A stretch of DNA of 42,765 nucleotides from an uncultured Oscillospiraceae bacterium (lineage in GTDB: Bacteria; Bacillota; Clostridia; Oscillospirales; Acutalibacteraceae), in NCBI GenBank assembly GCA_902490145.1, contig CABUCT010000001.1, positions 1-42,765 on the forward strand. Direction: 5' to 3'. The position numbers and the translations under genes are program-made. The notes beneath the pieces were generated by a model. It was given only the letters and a program-made list of their open reading frames with translations, made no database searches and had not been told where the DNA came from. Positions 18,064 through 26,599 of this stretch are shown here, piece by piece (position 1 is the stretch's first letter; the number at the start of each line of letters is the position of its first letter).

Positions 18064-18503
18064 TCAATCCCTCCTATTTCAGCAGACAAAAAAAGAACAA
18101 GTTGCACGAAATCATACAACCTGAAAACATAAACCGATTAAATTTTTCATATTTTGATATAGGTTTAAGCCAGATAAGGATAAAAGATTTTGTAAACAAG
18201 ATTAATCTTATGCTTGTTCAAAAGCCTTGGAATACTGCAATATTCTTTCGTTTTTCAACCTTGACTAAGAAAATTTTTTGTCTTACAAAACTGTTTTTTA
18301 TCTGAAATGAATAAATTTTTGCTGAAAGACAAAATAAAAACTACTTTTAAGCTGGTGCTTGACGAGCATTTTTACATTGTATTTCACAAAAGAACTTCAT
18401 TTTCAGACTTTTCTCCCTATTTGGATTAAATCTTGATTTGCGGTAATTTAACATTTCAAACAGTTGCCGTGAAAATATATATTGGTTTTATGGGGGCATA
18501 TAA

Positions 18504-19733
18504 ATGCGAAAAATAATTTGCTTTGTATTGGCATTTTCGGTTGCAGTAACCTACTCGGTATGTTTTGCCGACGAGGCTGAAGTTTCCGCACCGGCAACTG
18601 AATATGTAAGTGAGGGAATGTATGATAACTTTGAAACTGCGTCGGTACTCAGTGAAGCAGTTCAGACCGATGAGATTGAAATCAATGCAACCTGCGGTGT
18701 ACTTGCAGAAGTGTCGACCGGTAAAATTCTGTATGCAAAAAATGAAAATGAAACACGTTCGCCTGCTTCTATCACAAAAATCATGACGTTGCTTTTGTGT
18801 GTTGAGGCGATTGACTCGGGAAGGCTTGCTCTTACTGATAAGGTAACGGCGAGTGAACACGCAAGTTCCATGGGCGGATCTCAAATTTGGTTAAAGCCCG
18901 GCGAAACGATGACCGTGGATGAGATGCTTAAAGCCGTAACAGTCGCATCTGCGAATGACGCGGCGGTAGCACTAGCTGAGCATATCGGCGGAAGTGAAGA
19001 AGGTTTCGTTATGATGATGAACAGCAGAGCCAAAGAACTTTCGATGGATTCAACATGTTTTAAAAATGCATGTGGGCTGGATGTCGACGGACATTTCAGC
19101 ACAGCGGCAGATATAGCGAAAATGTCGTGTGAGCTTTTGAAACATGATTTAATAAAAAATTATTCGACCATTTGGATGGACTATCTTCGTGACGGAAAAA
19201 CTCAGCTTGTAAACACCAATAAGCTTGTGCGTTTTTATGAAGGAGCCACAGGACTTAAGACCGGCACTACCGATAAAGCAGGATACTGCGTGGCAGCATC
19301 TGCTCAAAAAAACGGCATGGAGCTTGTTGCGGTAATTCTGGACGGCGAAACAAGCGATAAGAGGTTTTCGTCGGCAAAGGCATTGCTTAATTACGGATTC
19401 GGTGCATTCGAGCTTACGAAAAAAACACTTGACGAAACTGCTTTCCAAACCGTGATGATAAACCATGGTTTAGAGAGTACAGCAGACATAACCTTTGATA
19501 GGGAAAAAAGTTTTTTGCTTAAAAAAGGAAAGGCAAATAATATTGAGATAAAGATAAATATGGCCGAAAGCGTAAATGCACCTGTTTCAGCAGGTCAGTT
19601 GCTTGGGAAAGTCAGTTTCCTGCTCGATGGCGAAATAATTGGAGAAAGTGATGTGTTGGCGGCAAAGGCAGTAGATAAAATAACTTTTAAAACGGCGTTT
19701 TGCAGATTGCTGAAAGAATTTTTTAAAACCTAA
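18504..19733 (+). CDS. D-alanyl-D-alanine carboxypeptidase (class C low-molecular-weight PBP)
   Basis: 409-aa ORF with a signal peptide, SxxK (SPASITK), SxN (ASAND) and KTG (LKTGTT), plus a PBP5-type C-terminal domain. Confidence 0.9.
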   Translation: MRKIICFVLAFSVAVTYSVCFADEAEVSAPATEYVSEGMYDNFETASVLSEAVQTDEIEINATCGVLAEVSTGKILYAKNENETRSPASITKIMTLLLCVEAIDSGRLALTDKVTASEHASSMGGSQIWLKPGETMTVDEMLKAVTVASANDAAVALAEHIGGSEEGFVMMMNSRAKELSMDSTCFKNACGLDVDGHFSTAADIAKMSCELLKHDLIKNYSTIWMDYLRDGKTQLVNTNKLVRFYEGATGLKTGTTDKAGYCVAASAQKNGMELVAVILDGETSDKRFSSAKALLNYGFGAFELTKKTLDETAFQTVMINHGLESTADITFDREKSFLLKKGKANNIEIKINMAESVNAPVSAGQLLGKVSFLLDGEIIGESDVLAAKAVDKITFKTAFCRLLKEFFKT

Positions 19734-19804
19734 GATCTTTTCGTAACACCTTTCCGGTTCTGGGCATAGAATGACAATGAAGGCTGGAAAGGAGGAAAAA
19801 CGAT

Positions 19805-19930
19805 ATGTGTAACTTTTTTGGTAACGGAAACTGCTGGATCATCATCCTTATCATCATCCTGCTCTTAGGCTCAAACTGCGGCAATGGATGCGGATGCAAC
19901 AACAACAACGATTGTGGCTGCGGCTGCTAA
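19805..19930 (+). CDS. 41-aa Cys/Gly/Asn-rich tiny transmembrane peptide (YjcZ-like)
   Basis: Not in the ORF track because it is under 60 aa. A strong SD (GGAAAGGAGG) lies 8 nt before the ATG. Translation: MCNFFGNGNCWIIILIIILLLGSNCGNGCGCNNNNDCGCGC. A strong terminator follows. Confidence 0.6.
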   Translation: MCNFFGNGNCWIIILIIILLLGSNCGNGCGCNNNNDCGCGC

Positions 19931-19951
19931 TCGGCTGTAAACGGCAAAAAG

Positions 19952-19993
19952 CTGCCGGAGATATCATTTGATATCTCCGGCAGTCTTTTTTTT
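19952..19993 (+). terminator. Rho-independent terminator
   Basis: CTGCCGGAGATATCA / TGATATCTCCGGCAG, a 15-bp stem, followed by TCTTTTTTTT. Confidence 0.85.
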
Positions 19994-20217
19994 GAAAATA
20001 TAATATTTGTTTTAGGTTTCTTAAAGATATATTCATAACCTTAATGTATATTATAACCATAGCTTAATTGATAACAGTTACTTAAAAGAAAAATGTCTAC
20101 AGACTTTTCTCATGATGCATGATAAAAACCGAACAAATTATTTATTTCAAAACCCACCGTTTTTATTGCAGCATATGCGGGGAATAATAAAACATAAAAA
20201 ATTAAAGGAGCATTTAT

Positions 20218-21618
20218 ATGGACGACTTTAATTATAATAATGAAGATATAAAAGACAACAAAAAAGAAGATACCAAAGCTGATATCTCTGAAACCGATTC
20301 CAAAGAGGATTTCAAATATTCCGATCAGCCTTATTACGGATATTCGGGATCACACGAAGAAAAAAGTTACACTCCTCCGTTTCATGAGAGCAAAAATAAT
20401 ACGCCTCAAAATTTGTATCCTGTTTCTCCAAATGGCGGGTTTTCAGAAAACAACTTCTCCGCAGATAAGAAAATTCCTAAGCCGGTAACAACTAAAAGTG
20501 TATTTATTTCTTGTCTTATATCCGCCTTGGTTGCAAGTCTTATCACCGCAACTATTTTTGTATTCGGAACAGGAGCAGGTCGGTTGATCGGGAACAGAGG
20601 TTCTTCAAACACAAGCGAAACCGATAGTTCAGTTACAAACAACAGAACTTCCATAATATCTGACAGCACTGATGAAGCGATTGTTGAAGCGGTTGCAGAA
20701 AGTGTGAGCCCTTCTGTGGTAGGAATCGTGGTCACAAACACTGTGGGCAACTTTTTTTACGGAAATTCCGAACAGTCAAGCCAAGGTTCCGGAATAATAT
20801 ACTCTTCCGACGGATATATAATCACAAATTATCATGTGATTTCCGCTGCAGTTGAGTCAAACGGTGTAATAAAAGTGTATCTGCCAACCGATATTGAAAC
20901 CGGAATTGATGCATCGGTGACAGGATACGATGTAAGCTCCGACCTTGCAGTTATCAAAATAAACAGCAGCGGACTTACCGCCATTGAAATCGGTGATTCT
21001 TCTGCACTTAAAGTCGGACAGACTGCTATTGCAGTCGGCAATCCAGGCGGCATCACCTTCATGGGCTCGGTCAGCAAGGGAATAATCAGTGGGCTTGATC
21101 GTGTTTTGCAGCTTGAAAATACAAAAGAAATAAACCTGATACAAACCGATGCGGCTATTAATCCTGGAAACTCAGGCGGTGCTCTTGTAAACAGCAATGG
21201 TCAGCTTATCGGTGTAAACAGTGCCAAAATGGCGTCTTCTGATTATGAAGGAATGGGATTCGCAATTCCGGTAAACAGTGTTGTGGAAATATGCACCCGT
21301 ATTATTCAAAATGAAGATGCTCCTACTCCATATGTCGGAGTTGAGATAAATACACGATATGACTCTAACACTCTTAAAATGATGGGATATCCCGCGGGTG
21401 TTGTGGTTTCACGAGTTGTTGACGGAAGCCCTGCCGACAATGCGGGTATTGAACAAGGTGATATTATTACCGAATTCAATGGCACGTCAGTTACCAGTTA
21501 CTCTGCCTTTAACAGCGAGAAATTGAAATGCAGTCCCAATCAAGAGGTTACTCTTACGGTTTACCGTGCAGGTAGAACCTATTCGGTAAAAATGACTCTT
21601 GGTACAGCCAATGACTAG
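20218..21618 (+). CDS. htrA: HtrA/DegP-family serine protease with a PDZ domain
   Basis: 466-aa ORF. It has a disordered N-terminus and one TM helix. The trypsin-like triad is present (TNYHVI, SDLAVIK, GNSGGALV), followed by a C-terminal PDZ (GVVVSRVVDGSPADNAGI). Confidence 0.9.
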   Translation: MDDFNYNNEDIKDNKKEDTKADISETDSKEDFKYSDQPYYGYSGSHEEKSYTPPFHESKNNTPQNLYPVSPNGGFSENNFSADKKIPKPVTTKSVFISCLISALVASLITATIFVFGTGAGRLIGNRGSSNTSETDSSVTNNRTSIISDSTDEAIVEAVAESVSPSVVGIVVTNTVGNFFYGNSEQSSQGSGIIYSSDGYIITNYHVISAAVESNGVIKVYLPTDIETGIDASVTGYDVSSDLAVIKINSSGLTAIEIGDSSALKVGQTAIAVGNPGGITFMGSVSKGIISGLDRVLQLENTKEINLIQTDAAINPGNSGGALVNSNGQLIGVNSAKMASSDYEGMGFAIPVNSVVEICTRIIQNEDAPTPYVGVEINTRYDSNTLKMMGYPAGVVVSRVVDGSPADNAGIEQGDIITEFNGTSVTSYSAFNSEKLKCSPNQEVTLTVYRAGRTYSVKMTLGTAND

Positions 21619-21977
21619 GGCAACGCACGGCAGATAACATACTGCTGCGGACTGAGTTTAAAAGCAAACATTCTAAATATGTCATCACTTGAAAAATATA
21701 ATATTCCCCTTATTTTATCGTCCCGGCGATGTAACAAGGAGATGACATGCTAAAGAAAGTTTGCACACTCTGATCCTTGTAAGGCCATAAGTCTTATGGC
21801 GTTCGTCCTTGAATAAAATGAGAAAGCTATCCCGTGCTTTCACCTGAAAAATTACAGGCGGGAACGTTCAATAGAGCGTTCCCAAACGGGAACCAAATAT
21901 TTAGTTGAAAATACTATCTCCGGGTACATATACCCAAATTAATTTAGACAACATCTTTTTCATACTCTCCTCATGAA

Positions 21978-22038
21978 GTTAGACCGGCGTGAATATTTTT
22001 TGGACAGATTGATCCGAATTTATTAACGCCGGTCTAAC
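21978..22038. repeat. 12-bp perfect inverted repeat with a 37-nt spacer
   Basis: GTTAGACCGGCG (21978-21989) pairs with CGCCGGTCTAAC (22027-22038), inside a non-coding convergent spacer. Confidence 0.6.
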
Positions 22039-22052
22039 GATATCTGATAGAT

Positions 22053-22072
22053 CTTAATTGCTGCTTAATTGC
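22053..22072. repeat. Tandem 9-bp direct repeat
   Basis: CTTAATTGC-TG-CTTAATTGC. Confidence 0.6.
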
Positions 22073-22109
22073 AACAGCGAGTAAAATCTTTGTCTTAGCT
22101 GAAAATAAT

Positions 22110-22147
22110 AAAAAGGTGTGACTCAGGTTTAGAGCCACACCTTTTTA
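22110..22147. terminator. Bidirectional rho-independent terminator ending the fum-mdh-hdr-flx-frd-transporter cluster
   Basis: AAAAGGTGTGACTC / GAGCCACACCTTTT stem with one mismatch, flanked by A-rich and T-rich tracts. It lies 70 nt past the transporter stop. Confidence 0.7.
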
Positions 22148-22215
22148 AATTATTTTATAGACTTGCTAATATTTGCAGACTTGATAATACAAGACCTTCT
22201 ATTTTAATAATCTGA

Positions 22216-23433
22216 TCAAACTACCATTCCGAATATCTTTGAAGCGACAACAATAAAAACAAGTGCAATCGGATATGTTGCAGCATAAGCTGATGCAACG
22301 TCGTCCGTGCCGGCCACCGATATAAGTGTACCCAGTGCCGGTGTACTTGTCATACCACCGGTGATAGATCCGAGATTGTTGAAAATGCTGAGCTTGAAAA
22401 CATATTTTGCGATTATGAATCCGATAACCATCGGAAGTGTGGTCATTATGATTCCATATACAAAATAGGATGGCTTAAAGTTGTTGACAAAGTTAACTCC
22501 TCCGGGAACTCCTGCTCCGATAAGGAAGAGCATAAGTCCAAGCTCTCGGAAAACGTTGAGTGTGTTTTTGTTTATTCTCATATCAATCGAACCGAAGTGA
22601 CCGAAGTGACCGACAATAAGACCCATAATAAGCGTTCCGCCGGATGATCCGAGCGAGAAATTAATTCCTGGGATTTTGATACTTCCGAGAACTATTCCGA
22701 GTGCTACAGTAGCCATAAATGGGAAAAATCCAAGCGAATCAAGCTGAATTCTTTTGCCCTTTGATTCAGGGATTGTAACACTATTTGCGGCTTCAAACTG
22801 TTCACGCTCTTTTTTTATATCGACCTTAAGAAGTCGGGGAATTATCTGAACAAAAAGAACAACACCAAGCACGCCGAAGATATAAGCAATGCCATACCCC
22901 GCTGTTACAAGACTTTCACCATCGGTACCCGCAAATACTTCTTTTGCCGAAGAAAGTCCAGGGGTGCTTGTGAGTGCACCGGTCAAAAGTCCGATTGCCA
23001 TGGCGGGTTCAACACCTAAAGCAACTGTAATTGACATTACTACAAATCCGATAGTGATTATGATAGCTCCAAGAGCCAAATAAGAAACGCTTTTCTTGTT
23101 AAAGCTGCGGAAAAACTTCGGTCCGGCAATAAGTCCGACCGCTGTGACGAACAACGCAGTTCCTATATTAGAAACTAAACCAAAACTTGATTTCAAGCTG
23201 TCGTTCCAAAATGTTATGGTTGTGTCTCCAATTTGGATAGCGTTAACATAGTGTGCAAATATACCAAATACAAGAGCCATGAGCAGTACTCCGGCAGTTC
23301 CAAGTGAAATACCTTTTACTTTAATGCCGCCCAAAAGATAGCCGACCATAGCAATAATAAAAATAAAAAACAAAGTTGTGAGCAGGCTGTGCATAACAGA
23401 ACCTATATATACCATTTTTCTGTTTCTCCTCAA
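22216..23433 (-). CDS. AAE-family (duplicated Asp-Al_Ex domain, YidE/YbjL-like) transporter without the central TrkA_C domains
   Basis: 405-aa polytopic ORF with a visible internal duplication: LGGIKVKGISLGTAGVLLMALVFG versus LGSIKIPGINFSLGSSGGTLIMGLIVG. The ORF opens with TTG at 23433. The ATG at 23415 with SD GAGGAG is the more likely start. Confidence 0.8.
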   Translation of the reverse strand: MRRNRKMVYIGSVMHSLLTTLFFIFIIAMVGYLLGGIKVKGISLGTAGVLLMALVFGIFAHYVNAIQIGDTTITFWNDSLKSSFGLVSNIGTALFVTAVGLIAGPKFFRSFNKKSVSYLALGAIIITIGFVVMSITVALGVEPAMAIGLLTGALTSTPGLSSAKEVFAGTDGESLVTAGYGIAYIFGVLGVVLFVQIIPRLLKVDIKKEREQFEAANSVTIPESKGKRIQLDSLGFFPFMATVALGIVLGSIKIPGINFSLGSSGGTLIMGLIVGHFGHFGSIDMRINKNTLNVFRELGLMLFLIGAGVPGGVNFVNNFKPSYFVYGIIMTTLPMVIGFIIAKYVFKLSIFNNLGSITGGMTSTPALGTLISVAGTDDVASAYAATYPIALVFIVVASKIFGMVV

Positions 23434-23436
23434 AAC

Positions 23437-23460
23437 GGCGGGCGGTAAGATCCGCCCACC
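23437..23460 (-). terminator. GC-rich hairpin between frdA-like and the transporter (possible partial terminator or attenuator)
   Basis: On the minus strand, GGTGGGCGG-ATCTTA-CCGCCCGCC is followed by GTTTT and then the transporter SD. There is one mismatch and only a short T-run. Confidence 0.35.
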
Positions 23461-23470
23461 GGTATAATAA

Positions 23471-25063
23471 TTATTTTCTTGCGTAGTTCGGAAGAAGCTT
23501 CGGTGATTTCACATCTGATTTAATACCGGCATCACTAAGCTCTTTCTCAAAACGTTCAACATGGTCAAGGGTGAGTTTTCCGACTTTTACACTCTTTGCT
23601 TTTTCAGAAGCGTTTTTACCCGCATTGCGGCCGAAAACGATAATATCAAGCAATGAATTTCCCATAAGACGGTTACGTCCGTGGATTCCTCCTACAGCCT
23701 CACCGGCAACAAAGAGGTTTTCAACACCGCTCTGACCATTGTCTGAAATATCGATACCACCGTTTTGGTAATGAAGTGTCGGATAAACAAGAATAGGCTC
23801 TTTGCGGATATCGATGCCATATTTACCGAACATTCTCATCATTGCAGGGATGCGTTTTTCAATAGTACCCTCTCCGTTTTTAAGCTCGATCATAGGAGTA
23901 TCAAGCCATACGGCTTTTCCTTGAGGAGTTTCGACGCCATTTTTACGGTCTGAACATTCGCGGATTATAGAAGCTGCCGAAACATCGCGGGTCTCAAGCG
24001 GATGCATAAATACTTCACCATTTACGTTGACCAATTTTGCACCGAGAGAACGAACCTTTTCGGTAACGAGAGCACCGAAAATCTGTTCAGGGAAAGCAGC
24101 TCCGGTGGGATGATATTGAAGTGTATCAGCATAAAGGAGCTTTGCACCAACGCGATAAGCCAGTACCAAGCCATCAGCCGTTGCACCGTAATGATTAGAA
24201 GTCGGGAATCCCTGATAGTGCAGACGTCCCGCACCACCGGTTGCGATGATAACGGTCTTTGCCTTCGCCACAAGAATCTCTCCGGTTTCCATGTTCATGA
24301 GAACAGCACCGGAAGCCTTGCCGTTTTCATCAAGAATAATTTCGATAGCAGCGGTGAAATCAACCACAGGAATCTCACGGTTAAGAACTTCATCGCGAAG
24401 CGTTCTCATGATTTCGGCACCTGAATAGTCCTTTGCAGCATGCATACGTTTTCTTGAAGTTCCGCCGCCGTGGGTGGTAATCATAGTTCCGTCTGGAGCT
24501 TTATCAAATTCAACACCCAAATTGTTGAGCCATTGAATCGCTTCAGGAGCCTCGTTTACCAATTTGTAAAGAAGTTCCGGCTTTGCAGCAAAATGTCCGC
24601 CGCCGAAAGCATCAAGATAATGCTGTGCAGGGCTGTCGTTTGGCTTGTCTGCAGCCTGGATTCCACCCTCAGCCATCATGGTGTTTGCGTCACCGATACG
24701 AAGCTTTGTAACAATCATTACTTTTGCTCCGTTGTTATCGGCCTCAATAGCAGCAGAAGAACCTGCACCGCCGCCACCGATGATAAGAACATCAACATCA
24801 TAATCAGGATTTTCAAGATCAATGTCTTTGTCAATAACACGACTATGACCCTGAAGCAAAGCGGCAAGCTCTGTCGGAACTTTTTCACCCTTGTTGGGAC
24901 CGACTGTGAGAGTTGCAAATTCCTCCTTTTTATAGTCGGGATGATATGTAGCAAGGAGGGTTTCTTTTTCCTCAGCGGTCATTCTTCTCGGTTCAAACTC
25001 AGCGTTCTTTACGCGTGCATCTTCAACCTTTTTTATGGATTTTTGTAATTCACTTGGATACAT
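23471..25063 (-). CDS. Soluble fumarate reductase/succinate dehydrogenase-family flavoprotein (FrdA/TfrA-like)
   Basis: 530-aa ORF with an FAD fold (DVLIIGGGGAGSSAA), an HPTG active-site block (LQYHPTG) followed by LVTE..R. The covalent-FAD His position reads Asn (DANTMMAEGG versus RSHTVAAEGG). SD AAGGAGG. Confidence 0.8.
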   Translation of the reverse strand: MYPSELQKSIKKVEDARVKNAEFEPRRMTAEEKETLLATYHPDYKKEEFATLTVGPNKGEKVPTELAALLQGHSRVIDKDIDLENPDYDVDVLIIGGGGAGSSAAIEADNNGAKVMIVTKLRIGDANTMMAEGGIQAADKPNDSPAQHYLDAFGGGHFAAKPELLYKLVNEAPEAIQWLNNLGVEFDKAPDGTMITTHGGGTSRKRMHAAKDYSGAEIMRTLRDEVLNREIPVVDFTAAIEIILDENGKASGAVLMNMETGEILVAKAKTVIIATGGAGRLHYQGFPTSNHYGATADGLVLAYRVGAKLLYADTLQYHPTGAAFPEQIFGALVTEKVRSLGAKLVNVNGEVFMHPLETRDVSAASIIRECSDRKNGVETPQGKAVWLDTPMIELKNGEGTIEKRIPAMMRMFGKYGIDIRKEPILVYPTLHYQNGGIDISDNGQSGVENLFVAGEAVGGIHGRNRLMGNSLLDIIVFGRNAGKNASEKAKSVKVGKLTLDHVERFEKELSDAGIKSDVKSPKLLPNYARK

Positions 25064-25075
25064 AAAACAACCTCC

Positions 25076-25753
25076 TTATTTCTCGATCTCTCTGGTATTA
25101 TAGAGTTCTTTCATTTCTTCAATAGGTTTCTGCATAAGGTCCTCGAGAAGCTCCTTGAAATCGCCGTTTTTGATTTCTTTCACTCTGTTTTCAAGATGCT
25201 CTGTTTTGGGAGCAAGATATTTACCATTAAGTCTGCGGGCAAGCATTGCCACCTGCGGATGAGAAATACCTGCGGGGCAGCGTGAAGAACAAACACCGCA
25301 CATTACGCAGTCAAAGGATTCCTCAGCACATTTTTCGTATTCACCTCTCTGAGCATAGGCGATATACTGCATAACATTGAGTCCCTGAGTACAGCTCTTT
25401 GTGCAGGCATTGCAGCCGATACAGCTGTAAATTTCGGGATAAAGCTGCATCATAATCTGCTCGCTTGGGGAAATCTTTTCAATATCATAAACCTGTTTAA
25501 TAAGCGGGAAAAAGGGGAGTGTTGCAACATACATATTGTCCTCAACTTGTGTTGAGCAGGCGAGACAAACCTTGAGTTCGCGATCACCCTTTATGCGATA
25601 TATAGTGGCACAGGCTCCGCAAAAGCCGTTACGGCATCCGCAGCCTCTCACCAGCTGATATCCGGCATATTCCATAGCACCCATGATAGTCAGGCTTGAC
25701 GGGACTTCGTATTTTTTGCCCATCAGAAATACATTTACCATTTTCTGTTCCAT
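25076..25753 (-). CDS. FrdB/SdhB-like iron-sulfur subunit
   Basis: 225-aa ORF. It has an N-terminal 2Fe-2S pattern (CGCRNGFCGAC...C). Two further cluster motifs follow: CIGCNACTKSC and CVMCGVCSSRCP. Confidence 0.8.
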   Translation of the reverse strand: MEQKMVNVFLMGKKYEVPSSLTIMGAMEYAGYQLVRGCGCRNGFCGACATIYRIKGDRELKVCLACSTQVEDNMYVATLPFFPLIKQVYDIEKISPSEQIMMQLYPEIYSCIGCNACTKSCTQGLNVMQYIAYAQRGEYEKCAEESFDCVMCGVCSSRCPAGISHPQVAMLARRLNGKYLAPKTEHLENRVKEIKNGDFKELLEDLMQKPIEEMKELYNTREIEK

Positions 25754-25768
25754 ATTTCAAAACCTCTC

Positions 25769-26599
25769 TTAATATTCATCTGGCATCTCGTCGATTTGGT
25801 CACAGCGGAAGACCGGACCGTCTTTGCAAACGTATTTAGAGCCGATGTTGCAGCGGCCGCATTTGCCGACACCGCATTTCATTTTGAGTTCCATTGTGGT
25901 GAAAACCTGAGTTTTGTCAAACCCGAGTTCCATAAGACCTGCAAGGGTAAACTTAATCATAATAGGCGGACCGCATATGATAACGGTTTTGTTTGTGTCA
26001 AAGCCAAGTTCCTTGACATAGTTCGGAACAAAACCGACGTGTCCGTCCCAGCCTTCCTGTTCACGGTCAATGGTGAGATGAACATTTATGCCGTCCTCGT
26101 TGCTCCATTCACTTATGATTTCATCATAATCCACAAGGTCATCCTTACTTCTTGAACCATAAACAATGTCAACAGTGCCATAGTTTTCACGGTTATCACG
26201 GACATAATTAATAACCGAACGAAGCGGAGCAAGACCGATGCCGCCGGCAACAAAGAGCAGATCTTTGCCCTTAAATGCAGTATCAACAGGGAAGCCGTTT
26301 CCATAAGGTCCGCGAATGGTGATTTGCTGCCCAACATCCATTTGGTGAAGCCATTCGGTAAGACATCCGCATTTTTTGATGCTGAATTCCATAAACTCAG
26401 TGTTTGTGGGAGATGAAGTAATTGAGAACATAGCCTCTCCGACACCCGGAATAGAGAGCATAGCACATTGACCGGGAATATGCTCAAAACATTTTCCTCC
26501 GTCAAGGGAATTGACGCGGAAGGTTTTTACATCGGGAGTGTCGATGCGAACATCTGTAACAACACCGATGTGCGGAATAAGAGTTTCGTTAACAGACAT
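25769..26599 (-). CDS. FAD/NAD(P)H-binding oxidoreductase with a C-terminal 2Fe-2S (FlxA / HydG / AsrB / PyrK-like)
   Basis: 276-aa ORF with the nucleotide-binding block LLFVAGGIGLAPLRS. The C-terminal motif is CGVGKCGRCNIG...CKDGPVF. Confidence 0.8.
   Translation of the reverse strand: MSVNETLIPHIGVVTDVRIDTPDVKTFRVNSLDGGKCFEHIPGQCAMLSIPGVGEAMFSITSSPTNTEFMEFSIKKCGCLTEWLHQMDVGQQITIRGPYGNGFPVDTAFKGKDLLFVAGGIGLAPLRSVINYVRDNRENYGTVDIVYGSRSKDDLVDYDEIISEWSNEDGINVHLTIDREQEGWDGHVGFVPNYVKELGFDTNKTVIICGPPIMIKFTLAGLMELGFDKTQVFTTMELKMKCGVGKCGRCNIGSKYVCKDGPVFRCDQIDEMPDEY

Noticed and set aside
11731-18400. Direct repeats (att-like) flanking the phage head module. Candidates were GTATTTTCACA near 11753 versus GTATTTCACA near 18378, and AAAACTGT in both flanks.
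   Set aside because: There are only 8-11 nt of similarity, with an indel, in AT-rich DNA. That is indistinguishable from chance, and no integrase is present.
21901-21963. 20-aa minus-strand ORF (MKKMLSKLIWVYVPGDSIFN) preceded by GAGGAG in the convergent spacer.
   Set aside because: The SD-to-ATG spacing is only ~3 nt. The peptide has no clear toxin-like hydrophobic helix, and no downstream gene exists for it to act as a leader.
23471-25753. Alternative reading of the flavoprotein/Fe-S pair as AprAB (APS reductase) because of the adjacent HdrA-like module (Qmo analogy), or as L-aspartate oxidase.
   Set aside because: The Fe-S subunit has an SdhB/FrdB-type N-terminal 2Fe-2S motif and is 225 aa, unlike AprB. 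The flavoprotein is shorter than AprA. NadB has no Fe-S partner. The neighbouring MDH-like and fumarase genes point to fumarate. This still needs phylogeny to confirm.
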